Below are positions 46,533 through 57,900 of a stretch of 64,000 nucleotides of DNA, piece by piece. Origin of the DNA: an uncultured Gammaproteobacteria bacterium (GTDB lineage: Bacteria > Patescibacteriota > Patescibacteriia > XYB2-FULL-38-15). Each line of letters opens with the position of its first letter. The stretch's first letter is position 1. The notes beneath the pieces were generated by a model. That model had not been told where the DNA came from. It ran no database searches and saw nothing but the letters and a program-made list of their open reading frames with translations. A program made the position numbers and the translations under genes. The DNA is taken from positions 677,595 through 741,594 of the forward strand of contig OZ246416.1 in assembly GCA_965231095.1 (NCBI GenBank), written 5' to 3'.

Positions 46533-48803
46533 ATGGGGGAGTTTGTAAGAAAAAAAAGTATTGGTATTTTAATCACGGTTCTTACCCTGACAAGTTTTTT
46601 CGTTGGATTCAATCAATCTGCTGCCAGCAAACTTTCTTCGGTCAGCGACACGATGAGCAGGCAGAAAATCGGAGTATCCGCCAATCATGAAATTATTTTT
46701 ACTTTAGCCGGCGGATCGGCAGTCACGGAAAATGAAACGATTACGATTATTTTTCCGACTGGTTTTGCTTCGGGGTTAAATAGTATAGAGTGTGGTGATG
46801 TTGATTTATTGGATGATGGAGTTCAAGAAAATTTTGCGGCGTCGCCCGGATGCGCGGCGGATGCGGACGAATGGGGCGCGGCGGTCAGTACAAGGACATT
46901 GACACTTACGGCGCCGTCTACGGCCGCGACTTATATTAATGCGAGCTCAGTTGTCACTTTGCGGGTTGGAACAAATACAACAGAAGAAGGGGTAGGCAAT
47001 GCGCAGATTGTTAATCCTGGGAGCGCGGGAAGTAAGGTAATAAATATTGGGGGAACTTTTGGCGATTCAATCGAGATTGCCATTGCCATTGTGACAAATG
47101 ATCAAGCCGCGGTTATCGGGACTATTCCGACAGGCGATACTCCGGGCGGCGGTTCACCCGGGTCAGACACGACGCCGCCAATTATTTCAAATTTAAGAGT
47201 GGAAAATATTTTACAAACTTCGGCCACGGTTCTTTGGGACACAAATGAACCGGCGACTTCAAGAGTGAATTATGGCTTGACGAGTGGCTATGGATCGTCC
47301 ACTACGGGCGACGGCGGAGGATTAGTTCTTAGCCATAGAGTTGATCTGACCGGACTCACGGCAGATACAATTTATCATTTTAATGTAGTGACAGCCGATT
47401 CGCTTGGACATACAACGACTACAGTTGACGATACTTTTAGAACGCTTTCCGGCCTAGATATTACCGCTCCTGTAATTTCCAATATTCAAGTTATAAATAT
47501 TACGGAGACCGGCGCGACTGTGACATGGACAACAAATGAGCCGGCAAATTCAAAAGTAGAATATGGTTTGACCGACGCGTATGAATTGGGAGAAATAACC
47601 GCCGCGGATTTTGTGGCTTCGCATAGTTTGCCGCTCGCGGGATTAACAGGAAACACAACATATCATTTCCGCGTGACGTCGGCTGATTCTTCCGGTAATG
47701 CCGCGACTTCTCCTGACGGCACTTTTACGACAATTGCTCCGGCAGACCTGACAGCGCCAATTATTTCAAATATCAGAGTTATAAATATTACAGAAAATTC
47801 CGCGACTGTTACTTGGGACACGAATGAGGCGGCAAATTCAAGGGTGCGATATGGTTTGACGGCAACTTACGGATTGGGAAATATTTTTTCCGCCGATTTA
47901 GTTTTGGCACACAGTATAAATTTAAGTTCCTTGACTCGCAGCACAATTTATCATTTTGAAATTACTTCATCTGACAGCTCGGGGAACACGGCCGTTTCCG
48001 GAGACAGAACTTTTTCAACTTTACCGGATATAATTCCGCCGGGAAATGTGACAGATTTTTTAGCCACGCCAACTGCGGCGAGAACAATTTTATTGACCTG
48101 GGTTAATCCAACTGATACTGATTTTGCCGGAGTTTTAATTAAGAGAAGTTTTACTGGGTATCCGGCAAGTCCGGCTGACGGAGAATTAGTTTTTGACGGA
48201 GTAGCAACCTCCTTTCCCGATACAGCAATCACTCCCGCAAATTATAACCGACCAATTTACTACACAGCTTTTGCCTATGACACAACTGGAAATTTTGCTT
48301 CAGGCGCTCTGGCAGAAGCGACGATTGAAGTGTCCCTGACATTAGACGTTAAGGCCTGGCCGGAAAAAAGATGGCCGCGAAGCGGAAATTGGTCAACCAG
48401 AGGCGCGGTGGAATTGAGGGATGTGGCAACATCAAATATTTTATATGAAGATACTGTTGCGACCTCAGACCTTGGTTTGGGCTCGGTGGAATTTCCCACG
48501 GCACCGATTGTAAATTATGATATTAGCTTTAAAGGTTTGTCGCATTTAAGAAAAATTTTGCGCGACGCTCCACTTTCGGGCGGAGTAAATTCATTGGATT
48601 TTACTTTAGCAAATACTTTTTATCTTTTGGCCGGAGACGTTCATCGCTCGTCTGATAATATGGTAAACGCCCTGGATATTTCCACCCTGCTCGGTTCTCT
48701 TTCCACCGGCAACGAAGTTACTGATTTGAATCATGACACCGGAGTCAATTCTTTGGATATAAATATTTTATTGGCCAACCTGATGGTCAGGGGAGACGAA
48801 TAA
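46533..48803 (+). CDS. Secreted multidomain protein: paralog-B-like N-module, three FN3-like repeats, C-terminal dockerin
   Basis: Three ~100-aa repeats (P(V/I)ISN(L/I)(R/Q)V...TV(L/T)W(D/T)TNE...YHF.(V/I)TS(A/S)DS.GN); C-terminal SDNMVNALDISTLL and DLNHDTGVNSLDINILLANL match dockerin Ca-binding DxNxDGxVNxxD repeats. Confidence 0.7.
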   Translation: MGEFVRKKSIGILITVLTLTSFFVGFNQSAASKLSSVSDTMSRQKIGVSANHEIIFTLAGGSAVTENETITIIFPTGFASGLNSIECGDVDLLDDGVQENFAASPGCAADADEWGAAVSTRTLTLTAPSTAATYINASSVVTLRVGTNTTEEGVGNAQIVNPGSAGSKVINIGGTFGDSIEIAIAIVTNDQAAVIGTIPTGDTPGGGSPGSDTTPPIISNLRVENILQTSATVLWDTNEPATSRVNYGLTSGYGSSTTGDGGGLVLSHRVDLTGLTADTIYHFNVVTADSLGHTTTTVDDTFRTLSGLDITAPVISNIQVINITETGATVTWTTNEPANSKVEYGLTDAYELGEITAADFVASHSLPLAGLTGNTTYHFRVTSADSSGNAATSPDGTFTTIAPADLTAPIISNIRVINITENSATVTWDTNEAANSRVRYGLTATYGLGNIFSADLVLAHSINLSSLTRSTIYHFEITSSDSSGNTAVSGDRTFSTLPDIIPPGNVTDFLATPTAARTILLTWVNPTDTDFAGVLIKRSFTGYPASPADGELVFDGVATSFPDTAITPANYNRPIYYTAFAYDTTGNFASGALAEATIEVSLTLDVKAWPEKRWPRSGNWSTRGAVELRDVATSNILYEDTVATSDLGLGSVEFPTAPIVNYDISFKGLSHLRKILRDAPLSGGVNSLDFTLANTFYLLAGDVHRSSDNMVNALDISTLLGSLSTGNEVTDLNHDTGVNSLDINILLANLMVRGDE

Positions 48804-48807
48804 AGAT

Positions 48808-51435
48808 ATGAGGAGGATAATTTATACAATTGCTGCGATTGGTTTCAGTTTTCTTCTCGGCCAAGCCGCGCTTGCCGCTCGCTTTGAATTATCTCCCGCT
48901 TCAACTGGTTTTATTACCGGATGCGATTCGGCGGTGAGCATTGAAATTGATACTGAAGGAGTAACTTCTGATGCGGCAAATGTTTTGGTTCATTATGATC
49001 CAACAAAAATTGAAATAGTTGATACAAATCCATCGGCAGCCGGAATCCAAATCAGAAATGGAAATGCTTACGAGGCTTATGCTGACAATACTGTTTTGTC
49101 GGGAAGCGGAGTGATTCGCTTAACTGGATTTTCTTTTATAAGTCATCTTTCCGGCCGAGCAACTTTCGGAACAATTATTTTCCGCGGACGACCCGGAGCA
49201 GCTGATGCAAATTTCACAATTGAATATGTGGCAGGTAGCACAACCGACAGCAATATTGCCGAATATCTTACAAGTGATGACCTTTTAACCGGAGTAGGAA
49301 ACGGCGCTTACACTTTTCGCGGCGGATCGTGCGTGGCCGACGTTGTCCCACCAAATGTTTTAAACCCAACTCCCGCACCAGATGAACGCGACGTGCCGCT
49401 TGATACAAATATTACTTTTGATATTCGCGACGCTCAGTCCGGAGTTGACTTGGATACCTTAACAATAAATGTTGACGGAACAATTTATACGCGCGACGGA
49501 TTAAGCAGATTTTCTTTTGTCGGGACGCCGGCGTCCTATGCCGTGGCAATAAACCCCAACACAGATTTTATTTTAGGTTCGCCGGTGCTTGTGGAAATCA
49601 ATGCTTCTGATTTTTCCGGAAACAGCATGGCTCCGTATCGTTATATTTTTAATCAGCCGGCCGCTCCGCCGCCAGTTCCGCCATCATGCGCCGCGCTTGG
49701 TTGCGCCACTCCGACTGAATGTACCGCCGATCCGGTTTTGCCGGAAGATATTGATGAAGAACCGACCGTTCCTGAATCGCAACAACTTTCTTTCTCGGAT
49801 TTTTCTTTTTACGGCGCTGATGGAACAATCCAACTTTTACCAAATCGAAATAATGAAATAACAACTCTCGCCGGGAGCTCGGTAATTGTTTCCGCCGCGG
49901 CGAGCAAATTTCCTCGTGAGGTGGCGCGGGTCGTCATAACCCTAAACGGTCGGTCGTATCTTCTCGGTTATAATTTGACGGCAGATGCGTATCAAACAAT
50001 TTTGCAAATGCCCGCCGCCGGATTGCATTCTTCAATAATTTTGATTGATTACGCGGACGATTCGCACGATCGCGTAGAGGGCGCTTTTTCACTTTTATCC
50101 CAAGGTTTTGTTTGGCAAGGAACAACGGCAAATAAATTATCCGGCGCAACCGTCACGCTTTACGAAAGTTCTCCCGCGTCTCGCGTTTGGGATGCCGCTC
50201 TTTATCGTCAAGATAATCCAATAACAACTAATGCGTCCGGCCAATTTTCATATCTCGTTCCGTTAGGTCGTTATTATTTAGTAATTTCAAAAGAGGGCTA
50301 TCGCGACCAAACCACGCCGGTTTTTGAAGTCGCAAACAATGTTGTAAATCCGAGCGTGGAAATTCTCGTCGTCCCTCCGCCGCTTGCCGAAGTTTGGGAT
50401 CCGGCCGCGCCCGTCACGGAAAATTTACAAAATGTTATTGAAAATTTAGGCCAAAAAACAATTTACGCAAGTGAAGTTTTACAAAAAGATGTTTTGGATA
50501 ATCCGGCGGTGGAAGAAAGTACGGAAAATATTGCCGCGCCGGCCGTGGCCGCCGTGGCCGTTGTCACTTACGGCACCGCCATTTCTCTTGGTTCGCTTTT
50601 GCCATTTTTACAATTACTTTTTACCCAACCGATTTTACTTCTTTTTCCAAAACGGAGAAAAGGTTGGGGAACGGTTTATCATTCTTTATCAAAAATGCCG
50701 GTGGATTTGGCGATTGTTCGTTTGTATGAAAAAGTGACAAATCGCTTGGTGCAAACTCGCGTGACGGATAAAGAAGGGCGCTTCGCGTTTTTCGTCCAGC
50801 CCGGACAATATTTTATCAAAGTAATAAAACCCAATTTTTCTTTCCCGACAAATTTTTTGAAAAATACAAAAGAAGATGTTAAATATTTTGATCTTTATCA
50901 CGGCGAAGAAATTACCGTGACGGAAAAAAATACTCTCGTCACGCCAAACATTCCGATTGATCCGGAGGGAGAGGGGAAAATGTCGCCTGACAAAAAAGTT
51001 CTCTTTGTTCATTTTGGAAGAAAAATTCAAAACATTATCGCGCCGTTGGGAATTGTCGCCGCCACTATTTCAGTTTTGGTCTCGCCGCAAATTTGGATGG
51101 TCGCGATTTTGGCCGGACACTGTTTACTCTATGCTCTTTTCCGACGATTGGCGAGAAGTAAAAAACCAAAGAGCTGGGGAATTGTTTATGAAAGTAAAAC
51201 TAAATCTCCGGTCGGACTCACTGTCGCAAGAATTTTTGAAACCGAATACAACAAACTTTTGGAAACACAAGTGACCGACGGCCGCGGCAGATATTCATTC
51301 TTGGTCGGCTCGAACGCCTACTACGTGACTTTCAGCAAACCGGGTTTTGAACCGAAGAGAACCGAGACGGTTGATCTTCGCGGAGCAAAAGAAGGAGGAG
51401 CGGTGGGGTTGGATGTGGGGTTGGATAAAGTATAG
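48808..51435 (+). CDS. Membrane-anchored scaffold-like protein: N-terminal cohesin-like domain, Ig-like region, carboxypeptidase-regulatory-like domains, two TM segments
   Basis: Signal peptide; FELSPASTGFITGCDSAVSIEIDTEGVTSDAANVLVHYDPTKIEIVD...FGTIIFRG resembles type-I cohesin (YDPxxLEI); CarbopepD_reg-like (TVTLYESSPAS...SGQFSYLVPLGRYYLVISKEGY; VRLYEKVTNRL...GRFAFFVQPGQYFIKV); TM ~50500-50640 and ~51050-51130. Confidence 0.65.
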   Translation: MRRIIYTIAAIGFSFLLGQAALAARFELSPASTGFITGCDSAVSIEIDTEGVTSDAANVLVHYDPTKIEIVDTNPSAAGIQIRNGNAYEAYADNTVLSGSGVIRLTGFSFISHLSGRATFGTIIFRGRPGAADANFTIEYVAGSTTDSNIAEYLTSDDLLTGVGNGAYTFRGGSCVADVVPPNVLNPTPAPDERDVPLDTNITFDIRDAQSGVDLDTLTINVDGTIYTRDGLSRFSFVGTPASYAVAINPNTDFILGSPVLVEINASDFSGNSMAPYRYIFNQPAAPPPVPPSCAALGCATPTECTADPVLPEDIDEEPTVPESQQLSFSDFSFYGADGTIQLLPNRNNEITTLAGSSVIVSAAASKFPREVARVVITLNGRSYLLGYNLTADAYQTILQMPAAGLHSSIILIDYADDSHDRVEGAFSLLSQGFVWQGTTANKLSGATVTLYESSPASRVWDAALYRQDNPITTNASGQFSYLVPLGRYYLVISKEGYRDQTTPVFEVANNVVNPSVEILVVPPPLAEVWDPAAPVTENLQNVIENLGQKTIYASEVLQKDVLDNPAVEESTENIAAPAVAAVAVVTYGTAISLGSLLPFLQLLFTQPILLLFPKRRKGWGTVYHSLSKMPVDLAIVRLYEKVTNRLVQTRVTDKEGRFAFFVQPGQYFIKVIKPNFSFPTNFLKNTKEDVKYFDLYHGEEITVTEKNTLVTPNIPIDPEGEGKMSPDKKVLFVHFGRKIQNIIAPLGIVAATISVLVSPQIWMVAILAGHCLLYALFRRLARSKKPKSWGIVYESKTKSPVGLTVARIFETEYNKLLETQVTDGRGRYSFLVGSNAYYVTFSKPGFEPKRTETVDLRGAKEGGAVGLDVGLDKV

Positions 51436-51451
51436 AAGCAGATTCAGTAGT

Positions 51452-51489
51452 TCCCCTCCCTTGATGGGAGGGGATTGAGGGGAGGGTGG
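51452..51489. repeat. G/C palindrome tcccctccc-ttgat-gggagggga + ttgaggggagggtgg upstream of DUF559 gene
   Basis: Mirror partner at 51826-51863 (cacccctctccc ... ccctctccc-acaa-gggagaggg). Confidence 0.6.
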
Positions 51490-51492
51490 TAA

Positions 51493-51840
51493 ATGAATCA
51501 TTTAATCACATTTGCCAAAAATTTAAGAGAAAATTCCACTGACGCAGAGAGATTATTGTGGCACTACCTTAGAGCAAAACAATTTGGTGATTTAAAGTTT
51601 AGAAGACAGCAGATCATTGGAAAATATATCGTAGATTTTGTTTGTTTTGCTAAGAAGATTGTTATTGAACTTGATGGAAGTCAACACGCAGATGTAGATA
51701 ACAAACTAAAAGATAAAATAAGAGATAGGTGGTTAGGAAGTCAAGGATTTATTGTTCTTCGTTTTTGGGACAATGATGTTTTAAAAAATATTGAAGGAGT
51801 TTGGGGTGAAATTGAAAAGCAGTTACACCCCTCTCCCTAA
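51493..51840 (+). CDS. DUF559 endonuclease-domain protein (Vsr/restriction-endonuclease-like fold), probable selfish element
   Basis: 115 aa, ...DFVCFAKKIVIELDGSQHAD...; flanked by CCCTCCC/GGGAGGG palindromes; strong GGAGG SD unlike neighbours. Confidence 0.7.
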   Translation: MNHLITFAKNLRENSTDAERLLWHYLRAKQFGDLKFRRQQIIGKYIVDFVCFAKKIVIELDGSQHADVDNKLKDKIRDRWLGSQGFIVLRFWDNDVLKNIEGVWGEIEKQLHPSP

Positions 51841-51998
51841 CCCTCTCCCACAAGGGGAGAGGGGAAAAACACAACGTTCTTCGGCAGAGATTTCATCGTT
51901 TAGTTGTTTCTAAAAGTAAGACAAAAAGGTAGAAATAAAAACCCCGCCTTCGCTAAAGCTATGGCGGGCGAGGAAAAACAAAAACAAAAAGTACCCAT

Positions 51999-54900
51999 AT
52001 GTTTAGTCCAGGAGGAGAAAAACCTAATATTGTAATTAAATCCCAAGGCGGAACCAACTTGACTCTGTTGGTGTTTGTCTTGGGTATTTTGTCATTAACG
52101 AGCGTTGGAATAATGACGCTCTCGGTCGTGGAGCAACTCCGGCCGGTGGCTTTTACGGCAATCAATAAACAACTTAATTATCAAGGCAAACTGCAAAACG
52201 CGGGGGGTATCACCCTTCCAGACGGGAATTATTCAATGAAGTTTTCCGTCTACGACGCGGCCGCGGCCGGCACGCGGCTTTGGACAGAATGCGGTACGGT
52301 CGGCACGCCAACGGCGCGAACCGTCGCGGTCGCGAACGGAGTTTTTTCGGTGCTGCTCGGCGATACGGCTTCCGGCGCTTGCCCGGGCCCGGCGAATGCC
52401 AACGCCATCACTTTGGATTTTAACAGCGACGCATATTATCTCGGTTTGACGGTTGAAGCCGACTCGGAAATGACGCCGAGAAAACGTCTCGGCGCTTCGG
52501 GCTATGCTTTTAACGCCGATTTATTGGACGGCCTTAATACTTCCGCCGCCGGCGGCTCAAACGCTTTCGTGCCGGTGACGGACGCGAGCGGCCATTTAAC
52601 TTTGACACAAAATTTAACTTTGGGCGGAGTGTTTAAAAATTCCGACGGCTCTGCCGCTTCGCCTTCCTATACTTTTACGAACGATCCCAACACAGGTTTT
52701 TATAGCGCGGCGGGAAATAATATTGGAGTCGCGGCAAATGGCGCGATGATTGCATATTTGATGGCGACGACCAATTACACTGATTCGTATTTCTATTCTC
52801 CAAGATTTATCACGCCGGCAACAACAAATTACCCGATGACTTTGACCGGAAGAATAGATGATGGAGCAGCCGCGGTCGGAGTGATTTTAGACAACTCCAC
52901 AACTTTGGCAACGGCGGGCGCGAAGATTGTCTCCTTTAAAAACAACACCACCGAAAAAGCCGCCATAGGTTTGAATGGCGAAGTTATGGCAGGGGCTGGG
53001 ACGGCTTTATTGCCCGCCCTTTCATTTTTAGGAGATCCAAATACCGGTTTTTATACCTACTCGGCAAATCAAATAGGAATCGCCAACGATGGAGGAATCA
53101 CCGGCGTCTTTTCTTCGGGTTCTCTATATATCAATTATATATTGGCGCTTTCCGGGAACACTTTAAACCTTACCGGTTCAATGGCAGACGGAGGAACGGC
53201 AGTTGGCGTGAAATTGGGTTCTTCTGTAGACCTTACAGTTGCGGGAAGTAAGATTGCTTCTTTTGTAGACAATAACACGACCGAAAAATCCGCTATTGGG
53301 CTTAATGGCGAAATAATGGCCGGAGCGGGAACAGCGTTGTTGCCTTCATTAAGTTTTCTCGGCGACCCGAATTCTGGAATGTATACTTACGCTTCCGATA
53401 CTTTGGGTTTTGCCGTAGGGGGGACAGCAGTCGGAGTCTGGGACGGCTCCACGATTTATGTTCCGGCGGTTCATCCTCTCGCTACTACGGCGTTGACTTT
53501 GAAGGGTAGGGTAGCAGACGGCGGAACCGCGGTAGGCGTGATTTTGGACAACACAACTTCCCTGACAACTGCAGGAGCAAAATTAGTTAGCATTAAAAAT
53601 GCTACAGTAGAAAAAGCATATATTGATAAGGATGGTAACGCCTACCTCCCCGGATTAAATGTTTCCGGCCTCACCGCCTCTTTAGCTGTCTACACCGACG
53701 GATCAAAAAATTTAACCTCAACCGCTCCGACTTCCGGCGCGATTGGATATTGGTCTCGCGCCACGACAACTTTGTCTCCAACAACGGCGAATGATAATAT
53801 TTCGGTTAGTTCAAATGTTACCGGAGCGGCGATTACCGGAACAGCTTCCGCCACCGGCGCGGTCATAAACTATGGCGTCTACGGCACTGCCGCAGGCAAC
53901 TCCGCCAAGGGCGTTTACGGAAGTGCCACCGCCACCGGCGCAGTGTTAAATTTCGGCGGAGATTTTTACGCGGCGGGCAATAGCGGCCAGGCCGTGCGCG
54001 GAACGGCTTCCGCCACCGGCGCGGTGACAAACTACGGCGGCGTTTTCTATGCCGCGGGTGACACGGGTTTTGGTATTGTTGCCGACGCGACATCAACTAA
54101 TGCCGGACAAAATTTTGGCGGATATTTTTATGCCAGAGGCACTACCGGCGTTGCTGTTTTTGGCAATGCCCCGGCCACCGGTGCTGTCACAAACTACGGC
54201 GGTAGTTTCCAGGCGGCGGGCAATAGCGGCCAAGCGGTGCGCGGCAATGCCACGGCCACCGGCGCGGCGGCAAACTATGGCGGCACATTTTATTCAGCGG
54301 GTAATTCCGGCGTAGCGGTTTATGGCTCGGCTTCCGCCACCGGCGCGGTCACAAACTACGGCGGGCAGTTTTATTCAGCCGGCGATACTGGTATGGCCGT
54401 TTTTGGTTACGCCACCGGCGCTGGCCTAAACTATGGCATTTATGGTTCCACAAATTCTGCCTCCGGATGGAGCGGATATTTTAACGGCGGTTTGGGTATG
54501 TATGCTTCCGCGGCGAGAATTAATTCTCTCACCGCTTCTTCCGCGGTCTATACCGACGCGTCAAAAAATTTAACTTCCACCGCTCCGACTTCCGGCGCGA
54601 TTGGATATTGGTCTCGGAGCAGTACAACATTAAGTACGGCTACAGCCGGCGACATAGTTTCTCTTTCCGGCGGTTTGAATATGAACGCGAGTCCGATTAC
54701 CGCTTCGTATATTTCCACAAATCCTTGGGGAACAAACTCGGTTGGTTCGGCAAACGGCGTGGGCCTGCAGATGAATCGGTTGCTCGGCGCGAACACCGGA
54801 CGCTATACCGTCACTTCAAGCGGCATTAATACAACCTCTGTTTTGTTTGATAATTTTTATGATTCCGCGGGAACCATTGCGGTCGGGGACACGGGCGTTA

Positions 54901-57900
54901 TTACAGTTGATTTTAATCCTCAACTTGCTTGGACAGCCAGCACGGCAACAGGTTTTGTTTATCAGAACGGAATAATTGTAATGAGTTTTTATAATACAGT
55001 TATACCGACCGACGTGACAGTGGAAGTTTATAGATGTTCGCCAAACGTTGATTGCGCGGCCGGGACAGGAACTGACGCTTGGGTGACGATTTACAGCACA
55101 ACAACCAACGATAAAAATCCTTTGGTTATCAGCCCGACTCCGTCTGTCAATTATATTAAGAGAATAAGATTTACTTTTGCCGATGGCGATCCGACTTATG
55201 GTTCATGGATTTCTGAATTGGAATGGTTTCCGACTCGTGACGCTTCGGCAAACCAATTGGCTGTTCTTCCAAAATATTTCAACCAAAGCCTAGACGTTTC
55301 CTGGACGAGTTGGAATATGAAAAAAGTTGCCGACTGGAGCACGACCGCGACAATTTCAAACGCCGGCGCGGCGTATTTTGCCGGACCGGTTGGTGTAAAT
55401 GATGCCGGACCCGACGCTTCTTTGGAAGTTGTAAATGACGGCTCGGGGGATTCTTTCTTGGTCGCCGATACTAATGATGGAGATGCTACGCCATTTGTGA
55501 TTCAAGCAGATGGGGATGTTGGTATTGGAACAGCGGCACCAGCTGCTTTATTACACATAGCAAAAGACTCAACATACAATAGTGAGGCAGCGGCAGGCAT
55601 AAAAATAACTGATTCAACTTTAACTGATACTGGTCTTCTTTTGGGCGCCGACGCGACAAACGATATTGCCTACATCCAATCAATGGATCCGGGAACGGGT
55701 TACACTAGGGCGCTTTCAATAAATCCTAATGGCGGAATGACAAGATTATTTATGAACAGGGGCGCAGCGGCTGGAACAGGTATTTCTTGGTATTTACCAA
55801 CTTTTACGGCGTGGGCGGAATACATGGCTCAGGCGACGCAAACCCTAGCCGGTCCGACGGCAAACATTACTGCTCCTTCGGGAACGATTGTTACCTCGTG
55901 GGCACTCAGAAGTTTTATTGAAAATGCCTCTAATTACGGTTGGACTTTTGAATCGGGAACATCAACTGGTCAGCCGAGTGTAGTGGCGGAAATTAGATCT
56001 AGCGACGGAACAATCAGATCAAATACTAGCGTTCTCGCTGCCGTGAGTATGGGCATCGGCGACGATACCCCCGACGCTTCTTTGGAAGTTGTGAACGACG
56101 GTTCGGGAGATTCGTTCTTGGTCGCCGATACAAATGATGGCGACGCTACGCCTTTTGTAATTGACCCCGACGGAGATGTTGGCATTGGAACAACAGGACC
56201 TCTCACTAAATTTCATGTAAATAGCGCGAATACATTAACCGGTTCTTATCATCAGGCCGTGATAACCTCAAGTGATACGGCGGCGATTGATAAGGGCGGG
56301 TCAATTGGTTTTGGCGGAGCTTATACGGGAACAACCCTGACACAGTGGGCGGGCATCTCGGGAAGAAAGGAAAATGTGACGGCCGGAAATTATGCCGGCT
56401 ATCTTGCTTTGGAAACAAGAGCAAATGGTGGAAATCTTACGGAACAAGTGCGTATTGATTCCGCGGGAAGTGTTGGTATTGGAACAACCGGACCGGACAG
56501 AAAATTGGATGTGTTGGCCGCCTCAAGCCCGCAATTGCGTTTGACTCAAGTTGACAATACCACTTACGCAGATTTTCAAGTTGATTCCAACGGTGATTTG
56601 ATAATGAATGTTGATGGCATCTCAAGCCAACTGGTTTTAGATAATGGCGGGAATATCGGGATTGGAACCGCGGCGCCGGCCGGGGCCTTGGATATAGTTT
56701 CCGCAAACGCCCCCACCTTGCGTCTCGCGACGAACGCGACCGACGCTACGGTTAAATACGGGTATGTCGCTTCTCGCCATTATACGAATGCCGAGCAAGA
56801 TCTTATGGTATTTATGAGTGGAAGTTCCGCCACGGAAAATAGCATTCGTTTGGGCGGAGGATCAGGATCTTTTAATGCGACAAATAGAATATCTTTTTAT
56901 ACGGCCGCGGATCAAATAACTTTGGACGGAACCGAAAGAATGAAGATAGATTCATCGGGCAACATTTGGATAAATTCTCTTGACGCCTCTTCAATCGTCT
57001 ACACTGACGCTTCAAAAAATTTAACTTCAACTCCTCCGGGTGCGGGAACGATCGGATATTGGTCTCGAGGTGGGACGACTTTATCTCCGGCGACGGCGAA
57101 TGATGTGGTTTCCGTTTCGGGCACTGGCGCGACAGCGATTACCGGCACAAGTTCAGCCGCGGGAGGCAAAGGAATTTATGGCACAGCGACCGACGCGACT
57201 GCTGTTGCAAATTACGGAGTTTATGGAACAGCCGCTGGGACAGGAGCTCTTTCTGCCGGCGTTTACGGCGTAGCTTCGGGCGCGGCGAATTCCGTTACCG
57301 GCGTATATGCTGAGGCTTCGAATACGGGCGCTTATGAAAATTACGGCGGAGCCTTTTTTGCGCGGGGAGAGACCGGCGTCGGCATCTACGGCGAAGGAGT
57401 TTCTACTGCCGCGGCTGTAAATTACGGCGGAAAATTTTCTGCTCATGGTAAGGCCACTGGTTCAGCCGCTGTTTACGGTGCGGCGCCCGAGGCCGGAGCG
57501 TTCACAAGTTATGGCGGATATTTTACGACAGTTAGCGATACCGGCAGAGGTGTTTACGGCTCGGCTACGGCTTCCGGCGCAGTCACAAACTACGGCGGAT
57601 ATTTTACCTCGGCCGGAACAGGCATTCTGACAAGTGGTGTTTACGGAGAAGCTTCTGGCGCGGCAAATAATATCGCAGGAATTTATGGCAAGGCGTCAAA
57701 TACAGGGGCTTATACAAATTTCGGCGGGGTGTTTTACGCCGCCGGAGAAACGGGCATTGGTATTCGCGGTGAGGCTACTTCCACCGCGGCGGCCATAAAT
57801 TTTGGCGCAAAGTTTTACGCGAATGGCGCAGCATCAGGTACGGCTGGCGTTTATGGACAAGGCGTTGATACCACTGCCATCGTTAATTATGGAGGATATT

